Below, one piece after another: positions 1 through 11,869 of a stretch of DNA of 64,000 nt. Each line of letters starts with the position of its first letter. Positions within the stretch are counted from its first letter, which is position 1. A program made the position numbers and the translations under genes. The notes under the pieces are model-generated. The model saw nothing but the letters and a program-made list of their open reading frames with translations. It had not been told where the DNA came from and did no database searches. Origin of the DNA: Eledone cirrhosa (Eukaryota); assembly GCA_964016885.1 (NCBI GenBank), contig OZ024740.1:329468001-329532000 (forward strand). The letters run 5' to 3'.

Positions 1-501
1 AGCACATAAACATACACTAGTCACCCAATCATGAACACACATCACACATCAAACAAAACACTATACACACACGCAAATGCATGCGCAAAGAAGACAAAAT
101 AAAATAAACAAACAAACAAATAAATAAATAAATATATAGACAGACTGAATAAAAATGGCGTAGACATACAATACAACGGGAGGAAATAATAGCACCACTG
201 ACGGTGTTGCAGATGTGCAACGAAAAATTTATGATAAACTATATTTATGTGTTTGTGTCCATATTGTATCTGTATTATTTTTGACCGTCGGTCAGTCAAT
301 GACAACATTGAGGACCGAGTAAATTAGGTTACCGACATAAAAGACACAGAAGCGAAGAGCGAAAACCAACCAAACAGTGAGTGTGTTCTGTTATTAATTC
401 TGGCAGTATTACACAAATATGACCCTCCCCAAGTATAACAATATTTGTTTCGACACACGATTTCATATTAAAAAAAACCTCGCAAAAGTAATTCATCGCC
501 G

Positions 502-502
<1 letters not shown>
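1..502 (+). mobile_element. 3' UTR/tail fragment related to the PLE at 16372-18200, with degenerate HHR at 194-235
   Basis: acca-CTGACGG-t-gttgc-agatgt-gcaac-GAAA-AATT-TA-tgat; shares atggcgtag and atgaccctccc...tataacaata blocks with 16372-16830 (-) and 55920-56150. Confidence 0.65.
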
Positions 503-571
<69 letters not shown>

Positions 572-631
572 CAGCATTTTCTTTACCTTTTACCAATATA
601 TCATAACTCGAGTGTTACACTTCTATTCTTT

Positions 632-678
<47 letters not shown>

Positions 679-747
679 ATTTAAGTAAGTAAAAAATTTA
701 AAAAAAATTTTTTTTTTTTTTTTTTAGATATTTTCTTCTTTTACGTC

Positions 748-834
<87 letters not shown>

Positions 835-841
<7 letters not shown>

Positions 842-3330
842 TATTTTCCGTTGTATTGTAATATAAATATTACACACAGTAGATTGACAGCTCACGTAGA
901 GTTTGCTCGACGGTTCCAGTTGTAGTTCCAAAAGTAATCCGGAGAAAAATAGAAAGATTTAAATGGATACAGTTTAGTTGAAAGGAATTTATTGACACGT
1001 GTTTCTATAACAGTTACATAACCTGAAAACAGCTGCTATCTATAAAGTTTTAGTCATGCAGACATTCAATATTTCAATGTTATTATTTACTGTCATTTCA
1101 TCAGAATAATATTATTGAGGACCTATTTGGTTTTTATAGAGAATATTAGGAGGGAGGGGTGAAGTTGTTAGAAGAATAGTTGAGGGAGTGGTTTGTTGAT
1201 AGCAGTGAGAATTTTTGGTGGCAGTGAGTAATTAGATTCCCATCTGTTGTCTTGACATTTTTATAGAATATATTATTGGTTATTTTTCTAAATTTATAGA
1301 AGGATTAGAGATAGTAAAGATATGCGTGGTTGGTTTTGTGTTTGCACTTAATTAACATTCAGACTTAAATTTTTCTTTCAAGTGTACGTATCCTTTCACC
1401 CACGCATTCACACACAAATATATTTGCACACCTCTACAAAATACATATACTCACATTCACATATTCATACTTACATACATATACACATGCATGCATATAT
1501 ATATACACACATGTATTCATGTACATACATACGCGTTCATGTGTATACATTTTCATACTCAACTTATCTTTATATACACACGCATAGACACACACATATA
1601 TACATACCTACTCTAGTCTATGTGTACACATATACATACACATCTATACACACATACATATATACACACATATATATATATATATAAGCACTTTAATACA
1701 TGAATACACTTACATCCTACTATACACATCAAACATATATATATATTTACTTATTTATATACATTTTCACATATATATACATACTTATGGACGTTTTTAG
1801 ACACATTCATTATCGCATATTTGCACCTATTTTCATCAGCATATCTTTCCATTATTAGTGTGGTAATTTAAGGTTATTAATATATGTTGAGAAGAGATTG
1901 TTTTTATATTTTTCTAACTAGAATGAGGTTTATATAGTTGGGGGGATGTCCCTCTTTTATGTAATATTCGGCTTGTAGTGGGAAAAAAGGGTTTTAGTTC
2001 TGTGACGGCAGAATAATGTTCGTTCAATTCTGTTATTCATCAATTTCTTCTTGTGTGTGATTATGTAATAAACTCGAGATTACATAATTTGCAGAAATTT
2101 TGGCTCCTGGAAAAGCTTTGGGTTTTAGCTAATTTCTCCCATTTTAGAGTAAACTTTTGATCGCTATCCCTGAGCGTCCAAGCTTTTTCTGCTAAAGTTG
2201 TTACATTTCTTTGGCTCTGGTGTTTTATTGAGTAAGAATGCCTATATAATCGAGATTTGAACGATGTTGCCGTTGATCCCACGTAATACCACTCGTTGCC
2301 TCCGGATTTAATGGTACACTTATAAATAATATTTTTTTCCAGGCAGTTATTGCCGAGGGGGCAGTTGTCAGGATAGGTGCAGTTACAGTTGTGTACGTTG
2401 GGTTTTCTCTGGAGTAGTATTGCGGACGAACTTAGGTGTGGTTTATTTATGTTCTGTAGTGTATTGTCTACTGTTTTTTTTTGTGTTTTTTGTACTTAAG
2501 TTCTTAGTGTTTTCGTTTAACCTTCTAGTATTGATCTTTTTATGTGTTGTTCAAGGTTTAACGCTGTAGAGTATGACAGTCTTATAGTGGTTGGGTTTAG
2601 GATTTTGTGGTATTTGTGTGATGTAGGAAAATGTCTCTTAATTATTTTAAAGAAGAGTACTGGTAAATTTGTACTAATGGAACTATTGTATTCGGGGTTA
2701 TGCCATAAGTACTCTTTGCATCGCTTTCTATTAGTTTTGTTTGTTGGTTTACTGGTGTGCATACTACGGTAGTAAGTGTGGTTTGGTGTTGTGTTATTAT
2801 ATCTACCTATGTGGGATTTATTTTGGGTGTTTTGATTGTTCCCATCTATATACTCTATTTTGTTGAGGTAGCCTGCTTTACTAAGGGCGTTATCGTAGTA
2901 CTCGGCGTGTTCCTTAAATACTTGTAAGTTAGAAGATAGACCCGAGATTCTAAGGGAAATATTTTTAGGGATAGATTTAATTATAGAGATGGGGTGGTTA
3001 GATCCAACATTTACGTATTTGAGATTTTCATTCAATTTATGAAACGGTTTAATCAATCCAGAGTTTAAATTGAGTGTGACATCCAGGAAGTTAACTACTT
3101 TAAGGTTGTATTCATATGTTATAGTTAGTCCTATTTCGAGTAGTAGTTTTCTTATATCTTTGCGTAGTTTTTCTAGTTTTTGGTTACTTAGGTTTTTAAC
3201 TAGGAGGAGAACATCGTCGCGGTATATTCCGCCGTGGAGATTGCTGAATTTTTCCTGGAGTCTAAAGGCGATAAATAACCCCACAATATCAGTTATTTCC
3301 GCCGAATCGTTAGAGCCCATTGTTATGTCA
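835..3330 (-). mobile_element. 5'-truncated copy of the same Naiad family (RT C-terminus, EN, 3' UTR and ~110-bp tail)
   Basis: ORFs 2517-3320 and 2061-2282 match the 773-aa protein with frameshifts; 835-950 matches the 5' leader at 61830-61945; ends in (TA)n. Confidence 0.93.
989..1109 (-). ncRNA. Hammerhead ribozyme (copy of 4246-4366)
   Basis: Reverse complement carries the same CTGATGA/GAAA-CACGTG-TC core and stems. Confidence 0.8.
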
Positions 3331-3352
3331 TTGTTATGCCATTATGTCATTG

Positions 3353-4405
3353 TTTTCCCACTACAAGCCGAATATTACATAGAAGAGGGACATCCCCCAA
3401 CTATATAAACCTCATTCTAGTTAGAAAAATATAAAAACAATCTCTTCTCAACATATATTAATAACCTTAAATTACCACACTAATAATGGAAAGATATGCT
3501 GATGAAAATAGGTGCAAATATGCGATAATGAATGTGTCTAAAAACGTCCATAAGTATGTATATATATGTGAAAATGTATATAAATAAGTAAATATATATA
3601 TATGTTTGATGTGTATAGTAGGCTGTAAGTGTATTCATGTATTAAAGTGCTTATATATATATATATAAATATATATATATATGTGTGTATATATGTATGT
3701 GTGTATAGATGTGTATGTATATGTGTACACATAGACTAGAGTATGTATGTATATATGTGTGTGGTGTCTATGCGTGTGTATATAAAGATAAGTTGAGTAT
3801 GAAAATGTATACACATGAACGCGTATGTATGTACATGAATACATGTGTGTATATATATATGTATGCATGTGTATATGTATGTAAGTATGAATATGTGAAT
3901 GTGAGTATATGTATTTTGTAGAGGTGTGCAAATATATTTGTGTGTGAATGCGTGGGTGAAAGGATACGTACACTTGAAAGAAAAATTTAAGTCTGAATGT
4001 TAATTAAGTGCAAACACAAAACCAACCACGCATATCTTTACTATCTCTAATCCTTCTATAAATTTAGAAAAATAACCAATAATATATTCTATAAAAATGT
4101 CAAAACAACAGACGGGAATCTAATTATTCACTGCCACCAAAAATTCTCACGGCTATCAACAAACCACTCCCTCAACTATTCTTCTAACAACTTCACCCCT
4201 CCCTCCTAATATTCTCTATAAAAACCAAATAGGTCCTCAATAATATTATTCTGATGAAATGACAGTAAATAATAACATTGAAATATTGAATGTCTGCATA
4301 ACTAAAACTTTGTAGATAGCAGCTGTTTTCAGGTTATGTAACTGTTATAGAAACACGTGTCAATAAATTCCTTTCAACTAAACTGTATCCATTCAAATCT
4401 TTCTA
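3353..4405 (+). mobile_element. Inverted 3'-end copy (pseudo-LTR) of the same Naiad family
   Basis: Reverse complement of ~949-1987; ends aaatctttcta into (TA)n, the same end point as the 58405 copy. Confidence 0.92.
4246..4366 (+). ncRNA. Type I hammerhead ribozyme with long stem II (Naiad pseudo-LTR)
   Basis: ttatt-CTGATGA-a-atgacagt...actgttat-a-GAAA-CACGTG-TC-aataa: stem I 5 bp, palindromic stem III, GUC cleavage triplet. Confidence 0.8.
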
Positions 4406-4419
4406 TATATATATATATA

Positions 4420-4660
4420 TATGCAAACGTTTTATTTAAAATTGTTGGGTTACAACGAGTAAATATTTTATAACCAAATCAACTTTTTAAATGGAAGTTG
4501 CATTATTTTAAGGTATGTCAAATTTATTTATAACACGGCTTATATATTGTATTTTGTCTGAGGAAGGCATACCATATTTTTTAATATGATATCCCAAAAA
4601 TATATATAATGAAATAAATATGGTTTTATAAATATAGTTTCCATTTGTTTAATATCGTAT
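4420..4660. mobile_element. Rearranged 3'-end fragment of the second Naiad family (cf. 19606-19860) with decayed HHR
   Basis: 4420-4475 matches 19606-19660 directly; 4490-4660 matches 22240-22407; core reads CTGAGGA...AAAA-TATATA-TA. Confidence 0.7.
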
Positions 4661-4662
4661 AT

Positions 4663-4740
<78 letters not shown>

Positions 4741-4766
4741 AATGAACTTTCATTTTTCCATTTATA

Positions 4767-4805
<39 letters not shown>

Positions 4806-4831
4806 AATGAACTTTCATTTTTCCATTTATA

Positions 4832-4895
<64 letters not shown>

Positions 4896-5821
4896 CCGGT
4901 CGGAGTATTGCTTAAAGCTTTCTCTGTTAATGTATTAAATATATATATATATATTTATATATATATTGATAAGGTTATTTCATGTTAATTGATCTGTGAT
5001 TATTTTCGCGCAATCACTCACATCAAGCAATAAACACTCGTGTAAGCAGGATGAAGCACTGATGTCAGTATATATATATATATATCCTAGAATGATATGG
5101 GATGGGACTGGAAGTAATAAATATATCAAACATCAATAATATTATACTTCACTACATTTTATATATTACGCAATAGCTCTTATTCTTATTCCATAGGATT
5201 CGTAACGCAAATTTTAACCCTTCATTTACGATTTCAACAGGAAGCTCTCACATGCATCCATTGTAGTGATGTAGTTTGGTGATATATCGAACGGAACGTA
5301 TTCGGTGTTGTTTCTCCTCGAAGAGATCGATATATGGAATTCATCCAAACGCGTTTTCTTGCATCATTAAAAGAGTTTGTTCACTACAGCTATTAGTTCA
5401 AGTTTCTCCTGATAAGTCCTATATTTGTCCCCAAGACCACACCTATGCTTGTTTAATGGGCTAATTGCCTTGCTCAGGGATTTCCGATCTGTCATTTACC
5501 TCTCTTTATAACGTGTGTTAATATTGGATGGCGCTTGATGTGTAGAGCCGCCTATTCCACTGAATCTTGTTGGGAATGTTCATGATAGGTATGCATGTGC
5601 GTACCCCTATATATGGTCCACAAATACACATATATCCTCAGCCTCACCCGCACAAACATAGACACATAAACACACACATGCACATACGTACACACATACA
5701 TGCCTGAATACACTTTCTCTGTCTAACTCTCTCTCTCCCTCTCTCTCCCTCTCTCTCTGTATATATATATATACACATGTATATATATATGTATATATAT
5801 ATATATGTTTATATATGTATA

Positions 5822-5981
<160 letters not shown>

Positions 5982-5989
5982 CATATATG

Positions 5990-6042
<53 letters not shown>

Positions 6043-6107
6043 TTTGTTTCTGAATTTGGCAACATGACCCTCCCAAAGTATAACAATATATATATATATA
6101 TATATAT

Positions 6108-8174
6108 CTAGGGCGGGTAAAATTCCCGAGATCCATGGACGAGCTCTCTCCAGCGGTCTCTGTCCCTCTTTATCGCTGCCATGTCCTGCGTCTCCAACAG
6201 ACCAGTGTCTGTCCTTAGGGAATCAACATACGTTAACCTTGGTCTTCCTCTTCTAGTGTGTCCATGTAGGGGCTCCCAAAGGAGCACTGAGTGCAATGTC
6301 AACTCTGGATGTCGGTGAGCATGTCCAGCTAACCTCAGTCTCCTCTGTGTCACTTTTGAGCTGACATTTGGGATGCTCCCATACAGCTCTGAGTTTTCAT
6401 CCTCAGTGTATACTGATTAATGTTCAGAGCCATCCTCAGCATTCTCGTGTAGTACCTATCCACCATCTGAGTGAGTTTCTTAGTCAGTGTCTAAGTCTCA
6501 GACCCATACAGCAGCACAGACTCCACTACAGCAATGAAGAGGCGGATTTTCAGGTCTCTACGAAGGTCCGACTTCCACACCGATCTCAAGTTGTGGCACG
6601 CCGCCCAGGCCTTGCTCTTCTTCTCAACCACATCATCTTCCGTATTCCCAATCTTTGCTCCCAAATACAGAAAGCCCTCAACCAATTCTAGCGGCTTCCC
6701 GCCTACATTAGTGATCCCCTCTGGCTTCTCAACATTCTCTACCAGATATTTTGTTTTAGTCTCATTCATTCTCAGCCCCACACTCATCGACACAGTCTCA
6801 ACCTCCCGCATCAAATCCTCTGCCTCCTTCACTGTATTTGTCACCAAAACTATGTCGTCGGCAAATTCAGCATCCGATACCTTTTTCGCCCTAACTCTCC
6901 TGCTCTGAGCCGGTGCTACAGTAAAGCCAGAGTCCTGGTGTTTCTCCAGTGCAAGGCGCATACAATAGTCCACTACGATAATAAAAAGGTAGGGAGCCAA
7001 TGTATCTCCCTGGAGCACTCCAGCCAGTATTCCAAAGAGCTCTGTCATCCCATCAGGTGTAATGACTCGGGCTGTTGGTGTAGAGTGTAGAGCAGTGATA
7101 TCAGGTCCACTATCTTCTTGGGGATTCCATAAGCCTGTAAGATCTTCATCAGGCAGTAACGGTCCACAGAATCAAAGGCCTTCCTAAAGTCAATGAAAAC
7201 CATGAACGCAGGAAGGCACTTTGCTCTAGCTCCCTCTAATATCCTCCTCAGCATCAGGATGTGACTGGTGGTTGATCTACCCTCTCTGAAGCCGTTCTGG
7301 TGTCCCTGAGCTACATCTCCATCTCAGGCTGGATCCTGTTTAGAATCATCCTGTTGAGGATCTTTGCCACAAGTGACGTCAGTGAGATCCCCCGGTAGCT
7401 GTTGGTGTTAGAGAGATCTCCCTTCTTTGGCACTGGGACGATGTTACTGATTCTCCACTGATTCGGGGCAACTCCTTTCTCCAGTGCCCCGTTACAGAAC
7501 CCCAGGATGATATCATCAAAATCACACCTTTTCATCACCTCTGATGCCACTTCATCTTCTCCATGAGCCTTGCCCTCCTTGATGTTCTTCTTGGCTCTCT
7601 GAAGCTCCTCTCTGGTGAAGGGCTCTGTCTCAACATCCAGTTCCTCAAACAGCCGCCTGATCTCCCCAGTGCTATGGGCTGTGGAGGGTGGCTCTCCTAG
7701 TAGGGTCCTAAAATAGTCTAGCCATTTCATCTTCCTATCCTCGGGCCCCGTTCCCTGGATCTGACTCGAACACCTTCTCTTCCTCCCTGTGATCTCGTTG
7801 ATGATCATCCAGCTCTCCTTACATCCAGATCTGTCAACCGCTCTCTCCACACTTCTGATCTTCTCTATCAGTGCCTCCTCTCTGACCTCAGTGTAAGCGG
7901 TACAGAGCTCTTCCCTCATCACCTCCACAGTCTCCATACTCTCCTCCGTAGGATCAGCATATAATTGGTCCTTGGCAGCTTTCAGGTGTTCTCTGGCTGC
8001 ACACACTTTTGGGTTTGCAGAGCTGACGTGCTTCCCTTTGTTCTTTTTCCTCGGCACCAGGGTTTCACTTGCTTCCGCCACTGCATTGGTGAAGTGCCCG
8101 TACCTCCTCGTCACACTCTCCTCAGTCCATCCAATCTCTCTCTCCTCTGACTCTCCACCCAGAGCACATTCCAC
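6108..8174 (-). mobile_element. RTE-clade LINE, 5'-truncated, frameshifted RT
   Basis: PVPKKGDLS..NSYRGISLTS, FIDFRKAFDSV, GVLQGDTLAPYLF, FADD, VLLYGSET, RRLRLAGH, RGRPRLTY; both ends abut (TA)n. Confidence 0.9.
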
Positions 8175-8842
8175 ACATATATATATACTTATATATATAT
8201 ATAATTGAGATAAGCGAAGCAAGCAAGATTCAAACAATTTTTTAAAATATATTAAAAAATATAATTTAAATATTTACCTATTCCAATTGCTTTTACCGAC
8301 GGTTTCACTTCACAAAAGATTGGAGACCTCTAGGGACTTCCAATGGAAAAGTTTAGATCATCAGAGAGCATTTTCCTTTCCTAGGACAAAAAGTCCCAGG
8401 AACGACAAAATATATTACCATCTGCCAGCTACCACAGGATCGAATGGGGCCGAATATTTGACCTATGCATGAACCAGCCCATAGTAGAAGTGGAACTAAA
8501 CATAGACGCATTGTCTACCTCACCACTAAAAATAGCAGCTAAATAGAACAACAGATTTGTTCTCTACATAACGGGGAATTTTAAAAGACCTTAATATCCC
8601 CACAGGTACTATGTACCCCTGGAAATATATAGGGTGTCTCTGATACAGTGGTTGTTCTATGGTATTAATTTGACATACCAGAACTATAAAACTGAGATAA
8701 GCGGAGCAAGCAAGATTCAAACAATTATTTATTATATGAATACAATTAGTCCTTCATCAGTTATCTTCCAGCCTTCTTCACTGTATTTGTCAACAAACCT
8801 ATGTAGTCGGCAAATTCAGCATCCAATATCCGATATATATAT

Positions 8843-8929
<87 letters not shown>

Positions 8930-8932
<3 letters not shown>

Positions 8933-9814
8933 ATAATGATGGCTGCGCGTTGCAAATGGTGGTGCATATAAAAAATAAGTCCTTCATCAGTGACCCTCCA
9001 ACCGTCCCAGGCATTTCATCGCTTTAAGGGCCATATGCCTCAGGTTGGTGCGAACAACGGCTAAAAAAAGTCGTTGGGACACGTAAATAAAGGGGACGTT
9101 AGGGTAACAAACAAAATGGTTTAAGCAACGGAAAGTGAGAAGAAATAGACAAGTCCCAGATCTCTATGAATATAAACTCGGTGAAATCGTGAACAAGAGA
9201 CAAAAGACCATCAAACCTGGTTGAAATGTGAGCAAGGAAGGAATTTCGCACAGGTCTAACCCGGGGGGGGGGGAGAAAAAGAAGAAGAAGAAGAAGAAGA
9301 AGAAGAAGAAGAAGAAGAAGAAGAAGAAGAAGAAGAAGAAGAAGAAGAAGAAGAAGAAGAAGAAGAAGAAGAAGAAGAAGAAGAAGGGGTCTGGTCTACG
9401 AATTCGGTAAACATAAGTTTTGTGAAGTCGCAGACGAAAGAGAGAGAAAAAAATTCCATACCAGCTTGACCAAGACCACGGGAGAAAAGAATTACACACA
9501 GGTCAAACTTGAAGGAGGAGGAGGAAAGAGGAGGAGGAGAGGTAGTGACAGAGAATGAGTGAGTGAAAGTTGAGGAGGAGGCTAACAGAGAGAGAGACTG
9601 CTAGAAAGGGTAAAAGGTACAAAGAACGAGAAAGGGTAAAAGGTACAAAGAACGAAACAGACGGGTGGCAGCAGAAGAAAAATTATGTGTAAATATGATA
9701 ATAATGATGGCTGCGCGTTGCAAATGGTGGTGCATATGAAAAAGTAAGTCCTTCATCAGTGACCCTCCAACCGTCCCAGGCATTTCATCGCTTTAAGGGC
9801 CATATGCCTCAGGT

Positions 9815-9815
<1 letters not shown>
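8930..9815 (-). mobile_element. Non-coding ~770-nt unit with ~117-bp terminal direct repeats containing CTGATGA
   Basis: 8930-9046 and 9698-9815 are near-identical; interior is low complexity with (GAA)n; both flanks are (TA)n. Confidence 0.65.
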
Positions 9816-9849
<34 letters not shown>

Positions 9850-9879
9850 ATATATGTATGTATATATATGTATACACAT

Positions 9880-9976
<97 letters not shown>

Positions 9977-10003
9977 TATATAGACATATATATATATTCT
10001 ATT

Positions 10004-10362
10004 GTAGGGCGGGTAAAATTCCCGAGATACATGGACGAGTTCTCTCCAGCGGTGTCTGTCCTTAGGGCATCAACATACGTTATATATATATACATGTATA
10101 TATATATCGGATATTGGATGCTGAATTTGTCGACTAGATAGTTTTGTTGACAAATACAGTGAAGGAGGCAGAGGATTTAATTCAGAAGGTTAAGACTGTG
10201 TCGATGAGTGTGGTGCTGTGAATGAATGAGACTAAGACAAAATATCTGGTAGAGAATGTTGAGAAGGCAGAGGGGGTTACTGATGTAGGCGGGAAGCCGG
10301 TAGAATTAGTTGAAAACTTTCTGTATTTGGGAGAAAAGTTTGGGAATACGGAAGATGATGTA
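10004..10362. mobile_element. Scrambled RTE fragments (10004-10081 minus-strand 3' end; 10108-10362 plus-strand RT piece); related piece at 8765-8835
   Basis: gggcgggtaaaattcccgag matches 6111-6130; MNETKTKYLVENVEK matches the 6491-7048 ORF. Confidence 0.8.
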
Positions 10363-10364
10363 TA

Positions 10365-10417
<53 letters not shown>

Positions 10418-11219
10418 GCAGATATATATATGTGTGTGTGTGTATATGTGTGTATTATATGTGTATGATATATATATAATATATTCATAATAAATATGTA
10501 TATATTATATGGTATATAATATATACCATGAAGTAAGTTAGGTCGTGATTGCGAAGTTAACTATAGTGGTAATGGGATCGAAACATTAGTGTCAAAGAAC
10601 ATCAGTTTCCTGATTAAGGGAGATGTAATTGATATGGAAGGCTGCAGTGGTTGTAGTGTGAAATAGGAAAGTAGGTATATTCCCATTTTTTTCTGGATTA
10701 GTAAGTTGCATAAAATACAGAATAAGAGTAGAACGACCTGGGATAGACAAGTAGCAAACGTATTTAATGAGGCTTTAGCTGTTGTTGTGGAAGATTTTGT
10801 TAATTATTGTCATGAAATTTGTAATAATATTGATACAAATATTAGATAAAAAAATGGTCAATGCTGAGTTTTTGCTCTTAGTCGGATAAGAAATTTTAGA
10901 TCCCGGGATATTTATGTTTGTTTTGTTTTTGCCTTTTATCCTTGTCTGAAATTGTGCTTTGTTTAACAAGGAACGATATAATTTGTAGCATCATATTATG
11001 TCTTTGTGTTCCTTTGGTCATACATGACCAAATTAGAAATTGCCCCCTCCGCCACCATCTACGCTCTGGCAAGGAGAAATAAAGGGTGTTGCTCAAAGGC
11101 AACATAGACATATTCACCCCATATAACTGGCAGCCCAGTGTTTAAGCCATTAAGTCACGCGCAATCATTATATAATTATATATACAAATATTTTGATGTA
11201 TTAATATGTATATATATAT

Positions 11220-11745
11220 ATATATCATAAATCATGTCTTCAGAATTATTAGATAAAATATATACCGTTTCTTCTTCCAATTAGCATAATTAACCATATA
11301 AAAAATCAATTAGACCAAGCTATAAGAGGAAAGGCTCTTATGAAGAAATCTTCGACAAATAACCGAAAGTGGCCTCTTCGCGGTGGCCCCAATATAGTAT
11401 ATTTATCCAACATTTCGACAGCATGTAGAAACTGACTAAATACATCATAAACCATACACAATAAGGTGTAAAATTAAACCTCTAAGTTTAATTTTACACC
11501 TAATTGTGTATGGTTGATGATGTATTTAGTCAGTTTCTACATGCTGTCGAAATGTTGGATAAATATACTATATTGGGGCCACCGCGAAGAGGCCACTTTC
11601 GGTTATTTGTCGAAGATTTCTTCATAAGAGCCTTTCCTCTTATAGCTTGGTCTAATTGATTTTTTATATGGTTAATTATGCTAATTGGAAGCAGAAACGG
11701 TATATATTTTATCTAATAATTCTGAAGACATGATTTATGATATAT
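11220..11745. repeat. Near-perfect ~260-bp-arm palindrome of an interspersed repeat
   Basis: 11220-11479 is the reverse complement of 11486-11745 with few mismatches; diverged single copies at 18290-18420 and 18780-19108. Confidence 0.92.
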
Positions 11746-11835
11746 TGCTCTGATTATTTAATTTATTAATTCTTCATAGAGCTTAAAAGTGACCGGTTGC
11801 AACATATATATCTATAACTTTATGTATAAGTAAAC

Positions 11836-11869
<34 letters not shown>

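Noticed and set aside
4251-4292. Short HHR fold using the nearer GAAA (aatg...catt-GAAA-tatt)
   Set aside because: Stem I is out of register; the distal GAAA-CACGTG-TC gives a canonical core.
5150-5600. Possible decayed GIY-YIG remnant on the minus strand (INTRYKER...SPLNKH)
   Set aside because: Too degenerate to call without a profile search.
11514-11560. TTGATGA...GAAA hammerhead-like words in the palindrome family
   Set aside because: Stems I and II cannot be formed convincingly.
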